From Flavobacteriales bacterium (GTDB lineage: Bacteria > Bacteroidota > Bacteroidia > Flavobacteriales_D > Sanyastnellaceae), in assembly GCA_049627085.1 (NCBI GenBank), contig JBMZWX010000005.1:9395-73394 (forward strand): a stretch of DNA of 64,000 bases, read 5' to 3'. This document shows, piece after piece, positions 19,870 through 28,501 of the stretch (position 1 is its first letter; the number at the start of each line of letters is the position of its first letter). The notes under the pieces were generated by a model that did not search any database, was not told the origin of the DNA, and saw nothing but the letters and a program-made list of their open reading frames with translations. Both the position numbers and the translations under genes were made by a program.

Positions 19870-20852
19870 CGGAAGATGCGTTGCTTGTTCAGCCAGGTTT
19901 GGTAAGCGCGTGCGTTGCGCAAATGTTCACGGTAGGTCCGCGCAAAATCGTGGGTGCCGTCGCCTCCAGGCTTGGCGCACATGTACAAGTCACGGTGCAC
20001 GGCGGGGTGCAGCACGCTTTGCAAGTATCTCGGGTCCACAAAGCGGATGGGGCCAGGAGGAAGGCCCTTGTGCTTGTAAGTGTTGTACGGGGAGTCCACG
20101 TCCTTGTGCACGTCGAGCACCCGGCGGATGCTGGGGTCGCCAAGCGCAAAAATCAGCGTGGGGTCCGCCTGAAGGAGCATGCCTTTCTTCAGCCGGTTGA
20201 GGTAGAGTCCCGCCACCAGAGGGGCCTCTGCAATCACAGCCGTCTCCGCTTGCACGATGGACGCAAGCACGGTCGCTTCCTTGGGGGTCAACCCCTGCGC
20301 CGCCGCCGCCGCGATGCGGTCTTCGTTCCACCACGTCTCATGTTCTCGCAGCATGCGGGCTGTCACGCCCTCGGCGTCCGTGTCCCACCACATTTCATAA
20401 GTGTTGGGCAACACGCGCCACATCACGCTGTCGCGCGAGAACCAATCGGCCACCTCGGTGCTGTCGGCGAACACCCGGCGCGACACCGCACCTGCAATGG
20501 GGCCCACGTCTCGGCCCGAAGGCACGACAACGTCCACGACGTCCCGGTCTCCGGTCACCAGCCGCTCGGCCGAGGTTTGGACGGATTCTTCGGGGGAGAA
20601 GGTGTATTGGCCTGCCTTCAGGCGGCCGTCCCACCCCCGCCACACCACGTGGCGCAGGACCCGCTCGCCCGGGGTGTCTTCCCAAGCTTCCTCGAGCGCG
20701 TCCAACCGTCCCGCGGCGTCGAGGTCAGGGGCCACTTGAACCGTCACCGCGGACGACGCCCAGGTGCCTGCCACGTACTGGTTCCAGCCCCATGCGCCTG
20801 CGACAGCGGCCACCACGGATGCGGTGGCGAGGAGTGTGAGCGAAGTCCTCAT
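19866..20852 (-). CDS. mltG: Endolytic murein transglycosylase MltG (YceG family)
   Basis: Start trimmed to MRTSLTLLATASVV. It has the YceG blocks ASIVQAE...LQADPT...YNTYKHKGLPPGPI. Its ATG overlaps the GNAT stop. Confidence 0.92.
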   Translation of the reverse strand: MRTSLTLLATASVVAAVAGAWGWNQYVAGTWASSAVTVQVAPDLDAAGRLDALEEAWEDTPGERVLRHVVWRGWDGRLKAGQYTFSPEESVQTSAERLVTGDRDVVDVVVPSGRDVGPIAGAVSRRVFADSTEVADWFSRDSVMWRVLPNTYEMWWDTDAEGVTARMLREHETWWNEDRIAAAAAQGLTPKEATVLASIVQAETAVIAEAPLVAGLYLNRLKKGMLLQADPTLIFALGDPSIRRVLDVHKDVDSPYNTYKHKGLPPGPIRFVDPRYLQSVLHPAVHRDLYMCAKPGGDGTHDFARTYREHLRNARAYQTWLNKQRIFR

Positions 20853-21385
20853 GGGGTGTCTGTGTTGAAGACGTGTTGCAAGGTGTGGACGTCGGTCCAG
20901 AGGCCTTTGGGGGTCCGGATCCACGAGGTACGGACAGATTCGTGGCCAAAGCCGGATTTGCGGAACAAGTCCAGGGAGCCCTCGTGGCCAGCTGGGATTT
21001 CCGCGTACACCTGCTGAAGGTGAAGGTGGCTTCCGGCGTACGCCAGCACCCGTTGAATCGCCCCCTGGGCATGTCCTTGACGGCGGTGCTCGGCGTCGAT
21101 GTGGATCGCCACACCAGCCCGAAGTTGCCGTGGGTCGAAATCGTACAGGTCCACGGCGCCCACGGTTCGCCAAGCGCCTTCGCGACGGGCGTCGACCATC
21201 CACCGGATTTGGCGCGCCTCAAACAAGTCTTGGCGGCCTTCGACAAAGGCGGTCATCGCGGCCCGACTGATGGGGGAGAGCGTGGCGCCCATCCACCAGT
21301 CCTCGCTCGCGTTTTCCCACGTCATCAGCAGGTCCACGTCGGCGGGTTCCATGGCCCTCAATCGATGCAATTCCGATGTCAACAC
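20849..21385 (-). CDS. GNAT family N-acetyltransferase
   Basis: It has an LRAMEPADVDLLMTWEN N-terminus and the acetyl-CoA motif RRQGHAQG. The GTG 21385 start is favoured because TATCTTCG lies 4 nt upstream. ATG 21352 is an alternative. Confidence 0.78.
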   Translation of the reverse strand: MLTSELHRLRAMEPADVDLLMTWENASEDWWMGATLSPISRAAMTAFVEGRQDLFEARQIRWMVDARREGAWRTVGAVDLYDFDPRQLRAGVAIHIDAEHRRQGHAQGAIQRVLAYAGSHLHLQQVYAEIPAGHEGSLDLFRKSGFGHESVRTSWIRTPKGLWTDVHTLQHVFNTDTP

Positions 21386-21389
21386 CGCG

Positions 21390-21397
21390 CGAAGATA
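21390..21397 (-). promoter_or_regulatory. Candidate -7 box variant TATCTTCG, 4 nt from GNAT GTG 21385
   Basis: The minus strand reads TATCTTCG-N4-GTG. A plus-strand TACCTTGG lies back-to-back with it at 21402-21409. Confidence 0.35.
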
Positions 21398-21464
21398 GCC
21401 GTACCTTGGCGGGCGTGCCCTCCCGAGGTCACGCGTCTTTGTTGAACCTCCTTTGACTGTTTCC

Positions 21465-22010
21465 ATGGAATTTGAAACCACCCGATTGGAAGGCTTGATG
21501 CTGGTCCGTCCGCGCATGTTCAAGGACGACCGCGGCAGCTTCACCGAGACGTGGAACATGGAGGCGTTCGCAGAGGTCGTGGGGGAGTCCGTGCAGTTCA
21601 AACAAAGCAACGAAAGTGTGTCCCGGGCAGGCGTGCTCCGCGGCCTCCATTTTCAAATCCCTCCACGAGGCCAAGGCAAGCTCGTGCGCGTTTCCCGAGG
21701 ACGGGTGATGGACGTGGCGGTCGATCTGAGAAAGGACAGTGCGACATTCGGCCAGCATGTGGCGGTGGAGTTGAGCGCAGAAAACCGCTGGCAGCTCTGG
21801 ATCCCTGTGGGGTTTGCCCACGGGTTTGTGGCATTGGAAGAAGGCGCCACCTTGCAATACCAATGCACAGACACCTACCATCCCGAGTCTGAACAGAGCC
21901 TCGCCTGGAATGACCCGAACCTGGGCATCGACTGGGGGGTGGCGCGCCCGGTGGTGAGCGACCGCGACCAAGCTGCCGCCGCCTTCGCGACGTTCGAGAG
22001 CCCTTTTTGA
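21465..22010 (+). CDS. rfbC: dTDP-4-dehydrorhamnose 3,5-epimerase
   Basis: ATG 21465 (MEFETTRLEGLMLVRP). It has the DDRGSF and RGLHFQ cupin motifs. The track ORF begins 12 nt earlier at a TTG. Confidence 0.93.
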   Translation: MEFETTRLEGLMLVRPRMFKDDRGSFTETWNMEAFAEVVGESVQFKQSNESVSRAGVLRGLHFQIPPRGQGKLVRVSRGRVMDVAVDLRKDSATFGQHVAVELSAENRWQLWIPVGFAHGFVALEEGATLQYQCTDTYHPESEQSLAWNDPNLGIDWGVARPVVSDRDQAAAAFATFESPF

Positions 22011-22098
22011 ACTTGTTCACGACCGCGGCCCGGGCGCCGTTGGCAACCTGAATTCCAGGAGGTTTCTCCGGCCCCTTGCTGGAAGAACTTCACCGGTC

Positions 22099-23016
22099 AT
22101 GAAGATGACTTGGATGCCCCGTCGACATGCCCTTGGAATGGGCCTTGTGTTGTTTGCCTCTGGCGCTTGGTGGATTGCGCCCTCAAACGCGAGCAAGGTC
22201 CCGGATTTTGAAGTGGCTCCCAAGCAGCACTCCCCAGTGATTTCACCGGCGGTCCCCCACGATTTGGCGCTGTTCGGAGAGCCTGTGCCGTTGGATCGGT
22301 TTGGGGTGGTGGAAGCGTTGGACCGCGAGTTGATTGTGAACACATACCGGCACAGCTCCACCATGTTGTACCTCAAGCGCGCGGCCCGGTGGTTCCCCGT
22401 GATCGAGCCTATTTTGGAGGAGGAGGGAGTGCCTTCGGATTTCAAGTACCTCGCGGTCATTGAGAGCGGGTTGAGCCAAGTCGTGAGCCCTGCAGGTGCA
22501 GCCGGTTTTTGGCAATTCATGAAGCGGACGGGTCCTGAATACGGGTTGGAAGTGTCTTCCACGGTCGACCAACGCTACCACGTGGAATTGGCCACCCGCG
22601 CCGCATGTGGGTACCTCAAGGAGGCCCACGAGAAGCTGGGCAGTTGGGTGCTGGCAGCGGCCTCTTACAACATGGGCATGTCTGGGGTGACCAAATCCCT
22701 GGTCGCCCAACACGTGGACAATTACTGGGACCTTCACCTCAACTCCGAAACGGCCAGGTACGTCTACCGTCTGTTGGCGTTGCGGGAAGTCATGGAAAAG
22801 CCCGACCAATTCGGGTTCCAGCTCACCGCGAAGGACGTGTACGCGCCGCTAGAAGGTCGTGAAGTGCGGGTGTCGGAAGACGTGGAAGATTTGGCCTCGT
22901 TTGCCATCCAGCAAGGCACCAACCTTCGGGAGCTGAAGGCCTTCAACCCTTGGCTTCGTCGCGATCACCTGGATGTGGGCGAGGGACAGGTTTACGTGTT
23001 GCGCATTCCTGTTTGA
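22099..23016 (+). CDS. Lytic transglycosylase (SLT domain) with C-terminal LysM
   Basis: 305 aa. It has the catalytic block AVIESGLSQ..SPAGAAGFWQFM and a LysM-like C-terminal ~45 aa. Confidence 0.88.
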   Translation: MKMTWMPRRHALGMGLVLFASGAWWIAPSNASKVPDFEVAPKQHSPVISPAVPHDLALFGEPVPLDRFGVVEALDRELIVNTYRHSSTMLYLKRAARWFPVIEPILEEEGVPSDFKYLAVIESGLSQVVSPAGAAGFWQFMKRTGPEYGLEVSSTVDQRYHVELATRAACGYLKEAHEKLGSWVLAAASYNMGMSGVTKSLVAQHVDNYWDLHLNSETARYVYRLLALREVMEKPDQFGFQLTAKDVYAPLEGREVRVSEDVEDLASFAIQQGTNLRELKAFNPWLRRDHLDVGEGQVYVLRIPV

Positions 23017-24059
23017 CCCCAGCGGATTGCGCTGGTTTTGACCTTGCGTTGGTCGTCTTGTCCGGTCAGGTAAGCTTGGGCCATCTCGCTGTCCAGGGCT
23101 TCTTGGACGCTGTGAACGGCCCCGGCAGGCACACGGTGTTCTAGAAACGCCCCCAGCACATCGGCACGCGAGGCCTGGCACGCCTTTGCATTCAATGCCG
23201 CCACCAAGTCCTCGCGGTGTTTCACCCGTTCTGCGTTGGTGAGGAAGCGAGGATCGTTGGCCAGTGCGTCGCATCCCAACACCTTGCACAGGGAAGTGAA
23301 TTGGGCGTCGCTGCCCACAGCCAGCACGACGTCCCCGTCGCGGCACGTCAGCATGTCGCCGTACGGAGCGATGTTGGGGTGGGTGGAGCCCATCCGTTGC
23401 GGTACCGTCCCATGGATGAGCCATTGCGTTCCTTGGTTGGCCAATGCGGTGAGCCCGGATCCCCACAGGCTGACCTCGGCGTATCCTCCTCGGCCCGTGC
23501 GTTCCCGATGAAACAAACCGCCCATCACGGCCGCACGCATGTGGTGCGACGCCAAGATGTCCATCATGGCCACCGGCATTTTGGTCGCCGGCCCGTTTGG
23601 GGTACCGTTCATCGACATGAATCCCGATTCGGCCTGCACGACCACGTCGTACGCCAGACGGTCGGGGCGTTGCTCAAAGCCGACCAGCCGCACGTGCACG
23701 AGGTGGGGAAACGCGTCGGACAGTTGGTCGGGCAGAAGACCCATGGTGTCGAGGTCGCCCCATTTCATGTTTTGAAGGAGCACGTCTGTGCGGGCCAGGA
23801 TGTCTTGAAGCCAAGCTTGGCCCTCGGCCGTTTTGAGGTTGTGGGACACGACCGTCTTGCCATGGTTGGCCGCTTCGTAATAGCTGGAAGAAGGGCCAGG
23901 CGTCTCTCCCGGCAGTTTCCAAGACCGGGTGACGTCGCCACTTGGGGCTTCCACCTTGGTCACGTCGGCGCCACACTCGGCCAAAAACGTGCCCGCCAAG
24001 GGGCCGGCCAACACGCTCGACAAATCGAGCACGCGGATGCCTTTCAACACACCTTCCAT
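22992..24059 (-). CDS. Family III CoA-transferase (CaiB/BaiF family)
   Basis: 355 aa. It has an N-terminal GIRVLDLSSVLAGP motif and family III blocks. Its 3' end overlaps the lytic transglycosylase gene by 25 nt. Confidence 0.88.
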   Translation of the reverse strand: MEGVLKGIRVLDLSSVLAGPLAGTFLAECGADVTKVEAPSGDVTRSWKLPGETPGPSSSYYEAANHGKTVVSHNLKTAEGQAWLQDILARTDVLLQNMKWGDLDTMGLLPDQLSDAFPHLVHVRLVGFEQRPDRLAYDVVVQAESGFMSMNGTPNGPATKMPVAMMDILASHHMRAAVMGGLFHRERTGRGGYAEVSLWGSGLTALANQGTQWLIHGTVPQRMGSTHPNIAPYGDMLTCRDGDVVLAVGSDAQFTSLCKVLGCDALANDPRFLTNAERVKHREDLVAALNAKACQASRADVLGAFLEHRVPAGAVHSVQEALDSEMAQAYLTGQDDQRKVKTSAIRWGQTGMRNT

Positions 24060-24063
24060 GCCT

Positions 24064-24071
24064 TGAAGGTA
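24064..24071 (-). promoter_or_regulatory. Candidate -7 box variant TACCTTCA, 4 nt from the CoA-transferase ATG
   Basis: The minus strand reads GTACCTTCA-aggc-ATG(24059). Confidence 0.3.
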
Positions 24072-24083
24072 CAGGCGTTCAGG

Positions 24084-25403
24084 TCAACCTGAGGCCAAGG
24101 CCTGCTTGTAGGTGTCGATGGCCCGCTGACGCGCCATTTTGTGCTCGACGATGGGGGCTGGGTAACGGGACGTGCCGTATTCCGGCACCCACTTGCGGAC
24201 GTACGCCAATTGCTTGTCGAATTTCTCCAGTTGGGAGGTCGGGTTGAACACCCTGAAGTACGGCGCCGCGTCGCACCCAGATCCAGAAGCCCATTGCCAG
24301 CCGCCGGTGTTGCTGGCCAGCTCAAAATCGAGCAACTTCTCGGCGAAGTACCGCTCGCCCAACCGCCAATCCAGCAGCAGGTGTTTGCAGAAGAACGAAG
24401 CCACGACCATGCGCACACGGTTGTGCATGAACCCTGTGGCATTCAACTCCCGCATGCCCGCGTCGACCAAGGGGTAGCCTGTTTTGCCAGCTTTCCAAGC
24501 TTCGAAATGGTCGTCGTCGTAACGCCATGGGATGCGGTCGTATTGCGGCTTGAACGCGTCCTTCGCGCTGTGGGGGAAGGCATGGATGATGGCCTGGTAG
24601 AAATCGCGCCAGATCAACTCCGTCAACCACTTGTCGCTGTGCTTGAATCCAAGCTTGGCCAATTCTCGGATGCTCACCGTCCCAAACCGGAGGTGCACGC
24701 TGATGCGCGTGGTCCCGCGCTTGGCTGGCAAGTCTCGGGTGTCGGCGTAATGCTTCAGCACGTCGACATCGACGAGGGCCTCGGGCGCTTCGATGGCGCT
24801 CCGTTCAAACCCCATTTCTTGAAGACTCGGCAAGTCGCGTCCATTCCAGCTGGCGAGGGCGTCGAGGTGATGTTCAGAGGGGGCGGCCTCGAGGTCGGCG
24901 TCCACCAGGTTGGCGTGCCAGCGTTTGCTGTACGGGGTGAACACGGTGTAGGGGAGGCCGTCGGGTTTGGTCACTTCCCCTGGGGCCTTCACCACGTGGT
25001 CTTTGTGGGTGTGGAAAGCCACGCCGCGGGCCTCGAGCATCTCCCGAATCTTCGCGTCGCGCTCCAGGGCGTACGGCTCGTAATCCTGGTTGGTGTGAAC
25101 TTCCGCCACGTCAAAACGGTCGCACATCGAAGCAAGCACGTCCAAGGGGTGTCCATGTTCCACCCACAAACCTGAACCGCGCTCGCGGGCGTGGTGGTCG
25201 AGGTGGGTCACGCGGTCATGCAGGAACGTCACCCTGGCGTCGTCTTTCGCGTTGAGGGCGTCCAAAATGGCCCGGTCAAACACGAACACCGGCAACACCT
25301 TGTGCCCTGAATTCAGCGCCGCATGCAACGCGCGGTTGTCGTGCCAGCGCAAGTCGCGACGGAACCAGTGGAGGACAATTTTTCCTTGGGGAAGAGAGCT
25401 CAT
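24084..25403 (-). CDS. phr: Deoxyribodipyrimidine photolyase / cryptochrome family protein
   Basis: Start trimmed to MSSLPQGKIVLHWFRRDLRWHDN. It has the FAD-binding blocks WRDFYQ, GFMHNRVRM and GGWQW. Confidence 0.9.
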   Translation of the reverse strand: MSSLPQGKIVLHWFRRDLRWHDNRALHAALNSGHKVLPVFVFDRAILDALNAKDDARVTFLHDRVTHLDHHARERGSGLWVEHGHPLDVLASMCDRFDVAEVHTNQDYEPYALERDAKIREMLEARGVAFHTHKDHVVKAPGEVTKPDGLPYTVFTPYSKRWHANLVDADLEAAPSEHHLDALASWNGRDLPSLQEMGFERSAIEAPEALVDVDVLKHYADTRDLPAKRGTTRISVHLRFGTVSIRELAKLGFKHSDKWLTELIWRDFYQAIIHAFPHSAKDAFKPQYDRIPWRYDDDHFEAWKAGKTGYPLVDAGMRELNATGFMHNRVRMVVASFFCKHLLLDWRLGERYFAEKLLDFELASNTGGWQWASGSGCDAAPYFRVFNPTSQLEKFDKQLAYVRKWVPEYGTSRYPAPIVEHKMARQRAIDTYKQALASG

Positions 25404-25608
25404 GGCAAACGAAACTGTCGGACAAGGAAACGGCCCGCTTTCGCGGGCCGCCCTTTGTTCCAAGAGATTGGATCAAAACACCTTACGATCTCGTGATCCT
25501 CGCGGACCACGTCTATAGAACAGGACTTCTTGGGAAAGGTTCACGGCCCTCGAACTTTTTTCTTGAGGGCCTGTTGGAAGGGGGAAGTTCAACCTCAAAT
25601 CAACCCCA

Positions 25609-27477
25609 ATGAAACATTTGTTCTCAACGGCGCTCGCCTTCGTGGTGGCGTCTTTTGCAGGATTCGCACAATGCGAAGCCGACCACGTGGTGGAAGCCAG
25701 CAGCTTCATGTACGCCCCCAGCATGCTCACCATCGAGCAAGGAGAGAGCGTGGCGTTTGTCAACCTTGGCGGCACGCATGACGTCAACGGCGACGTGGAC
25801 AGCCAGACCGGCATGTCGTTTGGCAACCCGGAAGCCTTCTACCTCGGTGCCGTCTCAGGCGCCCCAGAGGGAGAGTGCATCGGCACCTACACTTTCAACG
25901 TGCCCGGCACGTACAACTACGATTGCAGCATTGGCAACCACGCCGCCCAAGGTATGGTGGCTTCCATCGTCGTGAACCCTGCGCCGATGAGCACCACCGT
26001 GGTGGACGTCATTGCTGGCAGCCCTGACCACACGTTGCTTGCCACAGCCGTGGGGGCCGCGGGCCTTGTGGACGCCTTGTCCGCCGACGGTCCATTCACC
26101 GTGTTTGCGCCCACCGACGCGGCCATCACCGCCGTGGTGGAGGCCCTGGAAATCACGCCTGAAGAACTGTTGGCCTCCGAAGACCTCGGCGCCATTTTGC
26201 AGTACCACGTGGTGGCCGGCCAGGCCATGAGTGGCGATTTGTCCGATGGCCAAATGATCGAGACCCTCCTCGGTCCCGACGTGACCGTGAGCATCACCAT
26301 GGACGGTGTGTTCATCAACGACGCCCAAGTGACTGTGGCAGACCTCGCCGCCGACAACGGGGTGGTGCACGTGATTGACGCGGTGTTGTTGCCACCCGCG
26401 CCTCCAACCACCACCGTAGTGGATGTGATCGTCAACAGCCCGGACCACGAGTTGCTTGAAGCCGCTGTGGGAGCCGCCGGTTTGGTGGATGCCTTGAGTG
26501 CGGACGGCCCGTTCACGGTGTTTGCACCCACAGACGCCGCGGTGACCGCGCTCGTCGAAGCCCTCGAAATCACAGCTGAAGAATTGCTCGCCTTGGAGAA
26601 TCTCGGTGACATTTTGAAGTACCACGTGGTGGCGGGTGAAGCCATGAGCACAGATTTGTCCGACGGACAAATGATTGCCACATTGCTCGGTCCTGATGTG
26701 ACGGTGACCATCAACGAAGAAGGGGTGTTCATCAACAACGCCCAAGTGACTGTGGCCGACATCGTGGCGGACAACGGCGTGGTGCACGTCATTGACGCGG
26801 TCTTGTTGCCACCAGCGCCTCCGACCAACACCATTTTGGACGTGATCCAGAACAGCCCAGAGCACATGTTGCTCACGGCTGCGGTGGACGCTGCAGGTTT
26901 GGCTGGTGCGCTGAGCGGAACCGACACCCTCACCGTGTTTGCCCCCACGGACGCTGCAATCACCGCCTTGGTGGAAGCGTTGGAGATCACACCTGCCGAC
27001 TTGTTGGCGTTGGAGACCCTCGGGGACATCCTCAAGTACCACGTGGTGGCCGGCCTTGCCATGAGCAGCGACCTTTCTGACGGCCAAATGATCGCCACGT
27101 TGCTCGGTCCCGATGTGACGGTGACCATCAACGAAGAAGGGGTGTTCATCAACGACGCGCAAGTGACCGTGGCAGACATCATGGCCGACAACGGCGTGGT
27201 GCACGTCATCGACGCGGTGTTGTTGCCTCCGACCGACAACGTGGAGGAAGCGAAGGCCAGCGTGCAGTTGATGCCCAACCCCGCGAACGACGTGGTCCGC
27301 ATCGGTGGATTGCAGGGCAACGCCGACGTGGTGATCCGCGATTTGGCAGGCCGTGTGGTGTTGCACAACGACAACGCTGGACAGTTCTTCAACATCAGCC
27401 ACCTCGGTGCAGGCACTTACGTGGTGAGTGTCACCCAAGAAGGGCTGACCGCCACAACCAAGTTGGTGGTGCGCTGA
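25609..27477 (+). CDS. Secreted cupredoxin-like domain + three FAS1 (fasciclin) domains + T9SS type-A sorting domain
   Basis: 622 aa with a signal peptide. The N-terminal domain has candidate type-1 Cu ligands H57, C106, H111 and M116. There are three ~139-aa FAS1 repeats (FTVFAPTDAA...VVHVIDAVLLPP). The C-terminus (MPNPANDVV...TKLVVR) is TIGR04183-like. Confidence 0.9.
   Translation: MKHLFSTALAFVVASFAGFAQCEADHVVEASSFMYAPSMLTIEQGESVAFVNLGGTHDVNGDVDSQTGMSFGNPEAFYLGAVSGAPEGECIGTYTFNVPGTYNYDCSIGNHAAQGMVASIVVNPAPMSTTVVDVIAGSPDHTLLATAVGAAGLVDALSADGPFTVFAPTDAAITAVVEALEITPEELLASEDLGAILQYHVVAGQAMSGDLSDGQMIETLLGPDVTVSITMDGVFINDAQVTVADLAADNGVVHVIDAVLLPPAPPTTTVVDVIVNSPDHELLEAAVGAAGLVDALSADGPFTVFAPTDAAVTALVEALEITAEELLALENLGDILKYHVVAGEAMSTDLSDGQMIATLLGPDVTVTINEEGVFINNAQVTVADIVADNGVVHVIDAVLLPPAPPTNTILDVIQNSPEHMLLTAAVDAAGLAGALSGTDTLTVFAPTDAAITALVEALEITPADLLALETLGDILKYHVVAGLAMSSDLSDGQMIATLLGPDVTVTINEEGVFINDAQVTVADIMADNGVVHVIDAVLLPPTDNVEEAKASVQLMPNPANDVVRIGGLQGNADVVIRDLAGRVVLHNDNAGQFFNISHLGAGTYVVSVTQEGLTATTKLVVR
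25993..27243 (+). repeat. Three in-frame tandem 417-bp repeats encoding the FAS1 domains
   Basis: The units are 25993-26409, 26410-26826 and 26827-27243. An identical 42-mer is found at 26695-26736 and 27112-27153. Confidence 0.9.
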
Positions 27478-27496
27478 TCTCAAATGAATGCGACAA

Positions 27497-27528
27497 GAAA
27501 AGGCCTCCCGTTGGGGAGGCCTTTTTTG
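27497..27528. terminator. Bidirectional Rho-independent terminator
   Basis: The sequence is AGAAAAGGCCTCCC-GTTG-GGGAGGCCTTTTTT, between convergent genes. Confidence 0.8.
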
Positions 27529-27554
27529 TACGTTCAAGTCAAGCAGTCAGGCGC

Positions 27555-28469
27555 TCAGCCGTTCACGCAGCGCTTCAGCGCTTCGTTCAATCGCCCGGCT
27601 GTCCAAGTGAACCCCATTCGGTTCAGGTTCTCTGGGACGACGTGTTGCGAAGTCAGCAAGAGGGAGGCCATTTCGCCCATGGCCAACTTCAGGGCGAAGG
27701 CTGGCACGGCAGGGGCAAAGTGCGGCCGCGACAAGGCGCGCGCCAGGGCTTGTGAAAACGCCCGGTTGGTCACGGGTTCAGGGGCCACCAAATTGTGGGG
27801 GCCGGCAATCTTGGGGTCGGAGGCGGCTTGGACCACGAAGCGGACCACGTCGTCCAAGTGGATCCAACTCATCCATTGTTGGCCCGACCCGAGGGGGGCA
27901 CCCAAGCCGAGGCGGTAGATGGGGAGCAACTTGTCCAAGGTGCCTCCTTGGCCGGAGAGCACGAGCCCAATGCGCATCGTCACGTGCCGGACGTCAGCCG
28001 GCAACAAGCCCTCAGCCGCCGACTCCCAAGCTGCGGTGACCTCTGCGAGGAACCCTTCTCCCTTCGGAGTGGACTCTCCGGCGTCGTGGCATTCGCCGTA
28101 CAGCCCGATGGCCGAGGCTTGGATGAATGTGCCAGAAAAGCCGGCTTGGGCCAGGGCGTTGGCCAACAACGCGGTGCCTTCGGTGCGGCTCTCCAGGATG
28201 GCGGACTTGTGGGCCGCGGTCCATCGCTGGCCCACGTTGGCCCCCGCAAGGTGGACGACATGTTCCACGCCGTCCAAGGCCTCCTGGGGGAAGACTTTGC
28301 CGGCCACATCCCACACGAACGATGTGGCTCCCGCGATGTGGAACGCGCGGCTGCGGCTGAGCACGCGAACCTCATGACCTTGTGCAATCAGGTGGTCGCA
28401 GAGTGCGGTGCCGACAAGGCCGGAAGCGCCAGTCACCAGCCAAGTTTGGGGGGAGGGAGCAGAGGACAT
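27555..28469 (-). CDS. TIGR01777/YfcH-like NAD-dependent epimerase family protein (with DUF1731 C-terminus)
   Basis: It has the Rossmann motif LVTGASGLVG. ATG 28469 is preferred. The track ORF starts at TTG 28490, and ATG 28478 is also possible. Confidence 0.82.
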   Translation of the reverse strand: MSSAPSPQTWLVTGASGLVGTALCDHLIAQGHEVRVLSRSRAFHIAGATSFVWDVAGKVFPQEALDGVEHVVHLAGANVGQRWTAAHKSAILESRTEGTALLANALAQAGFSGTFIQASAIGLYGECHDAGESTPKGEGFLAEVTAAWESAAEGLLPADVRHVTMRIGLVLSGQGGTLDKLLPIYRLGLGAPLGSGQQWMSWIHLDDVVRFVVQAASDPKIAGPHNLVAPEPVTNRAFSQALARALSRPHFAPAVPAFALKLAMGEMASLLLTSQHVVPENLNRMGFTWTAGRLNEALKRCVNG

Positions 28470-28501
28470 GGGTTGCATTTGGGAAGACAACCCGAGAGGG
28501 T

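Noticed and set aside
21464-21467. CCATGG palindrome giving an ATG on both strands, which would make the GNAT and rfbC genes overlap head-to-head
   Set aside because: GNAT homology starts ~25 codons downstream of that Met. A GTG at 21385 with a TATCTTCG box 4 nt upstream explains the gene better, so only the rfbC ATG is used.
25444-25456. 13-mer CGGGCCGCCCTTT shared between the hairpin at 25431-25450 and the rplT terminator (542-554), considered as a possible REP-like dispersed repeat
   Set aside because: There are only two copies, the match is short, and it consists of a generic GC stem plus T-run. Coincidence is most likely.
25993-27243. Regular 417-bp periodic repeats, considered as a possible CRISPR array or mobile repeat array
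   Set aside because: The period is far too long, there is no spacer structure, and the repeats are in-frame protein-domain duplications (FAS1).
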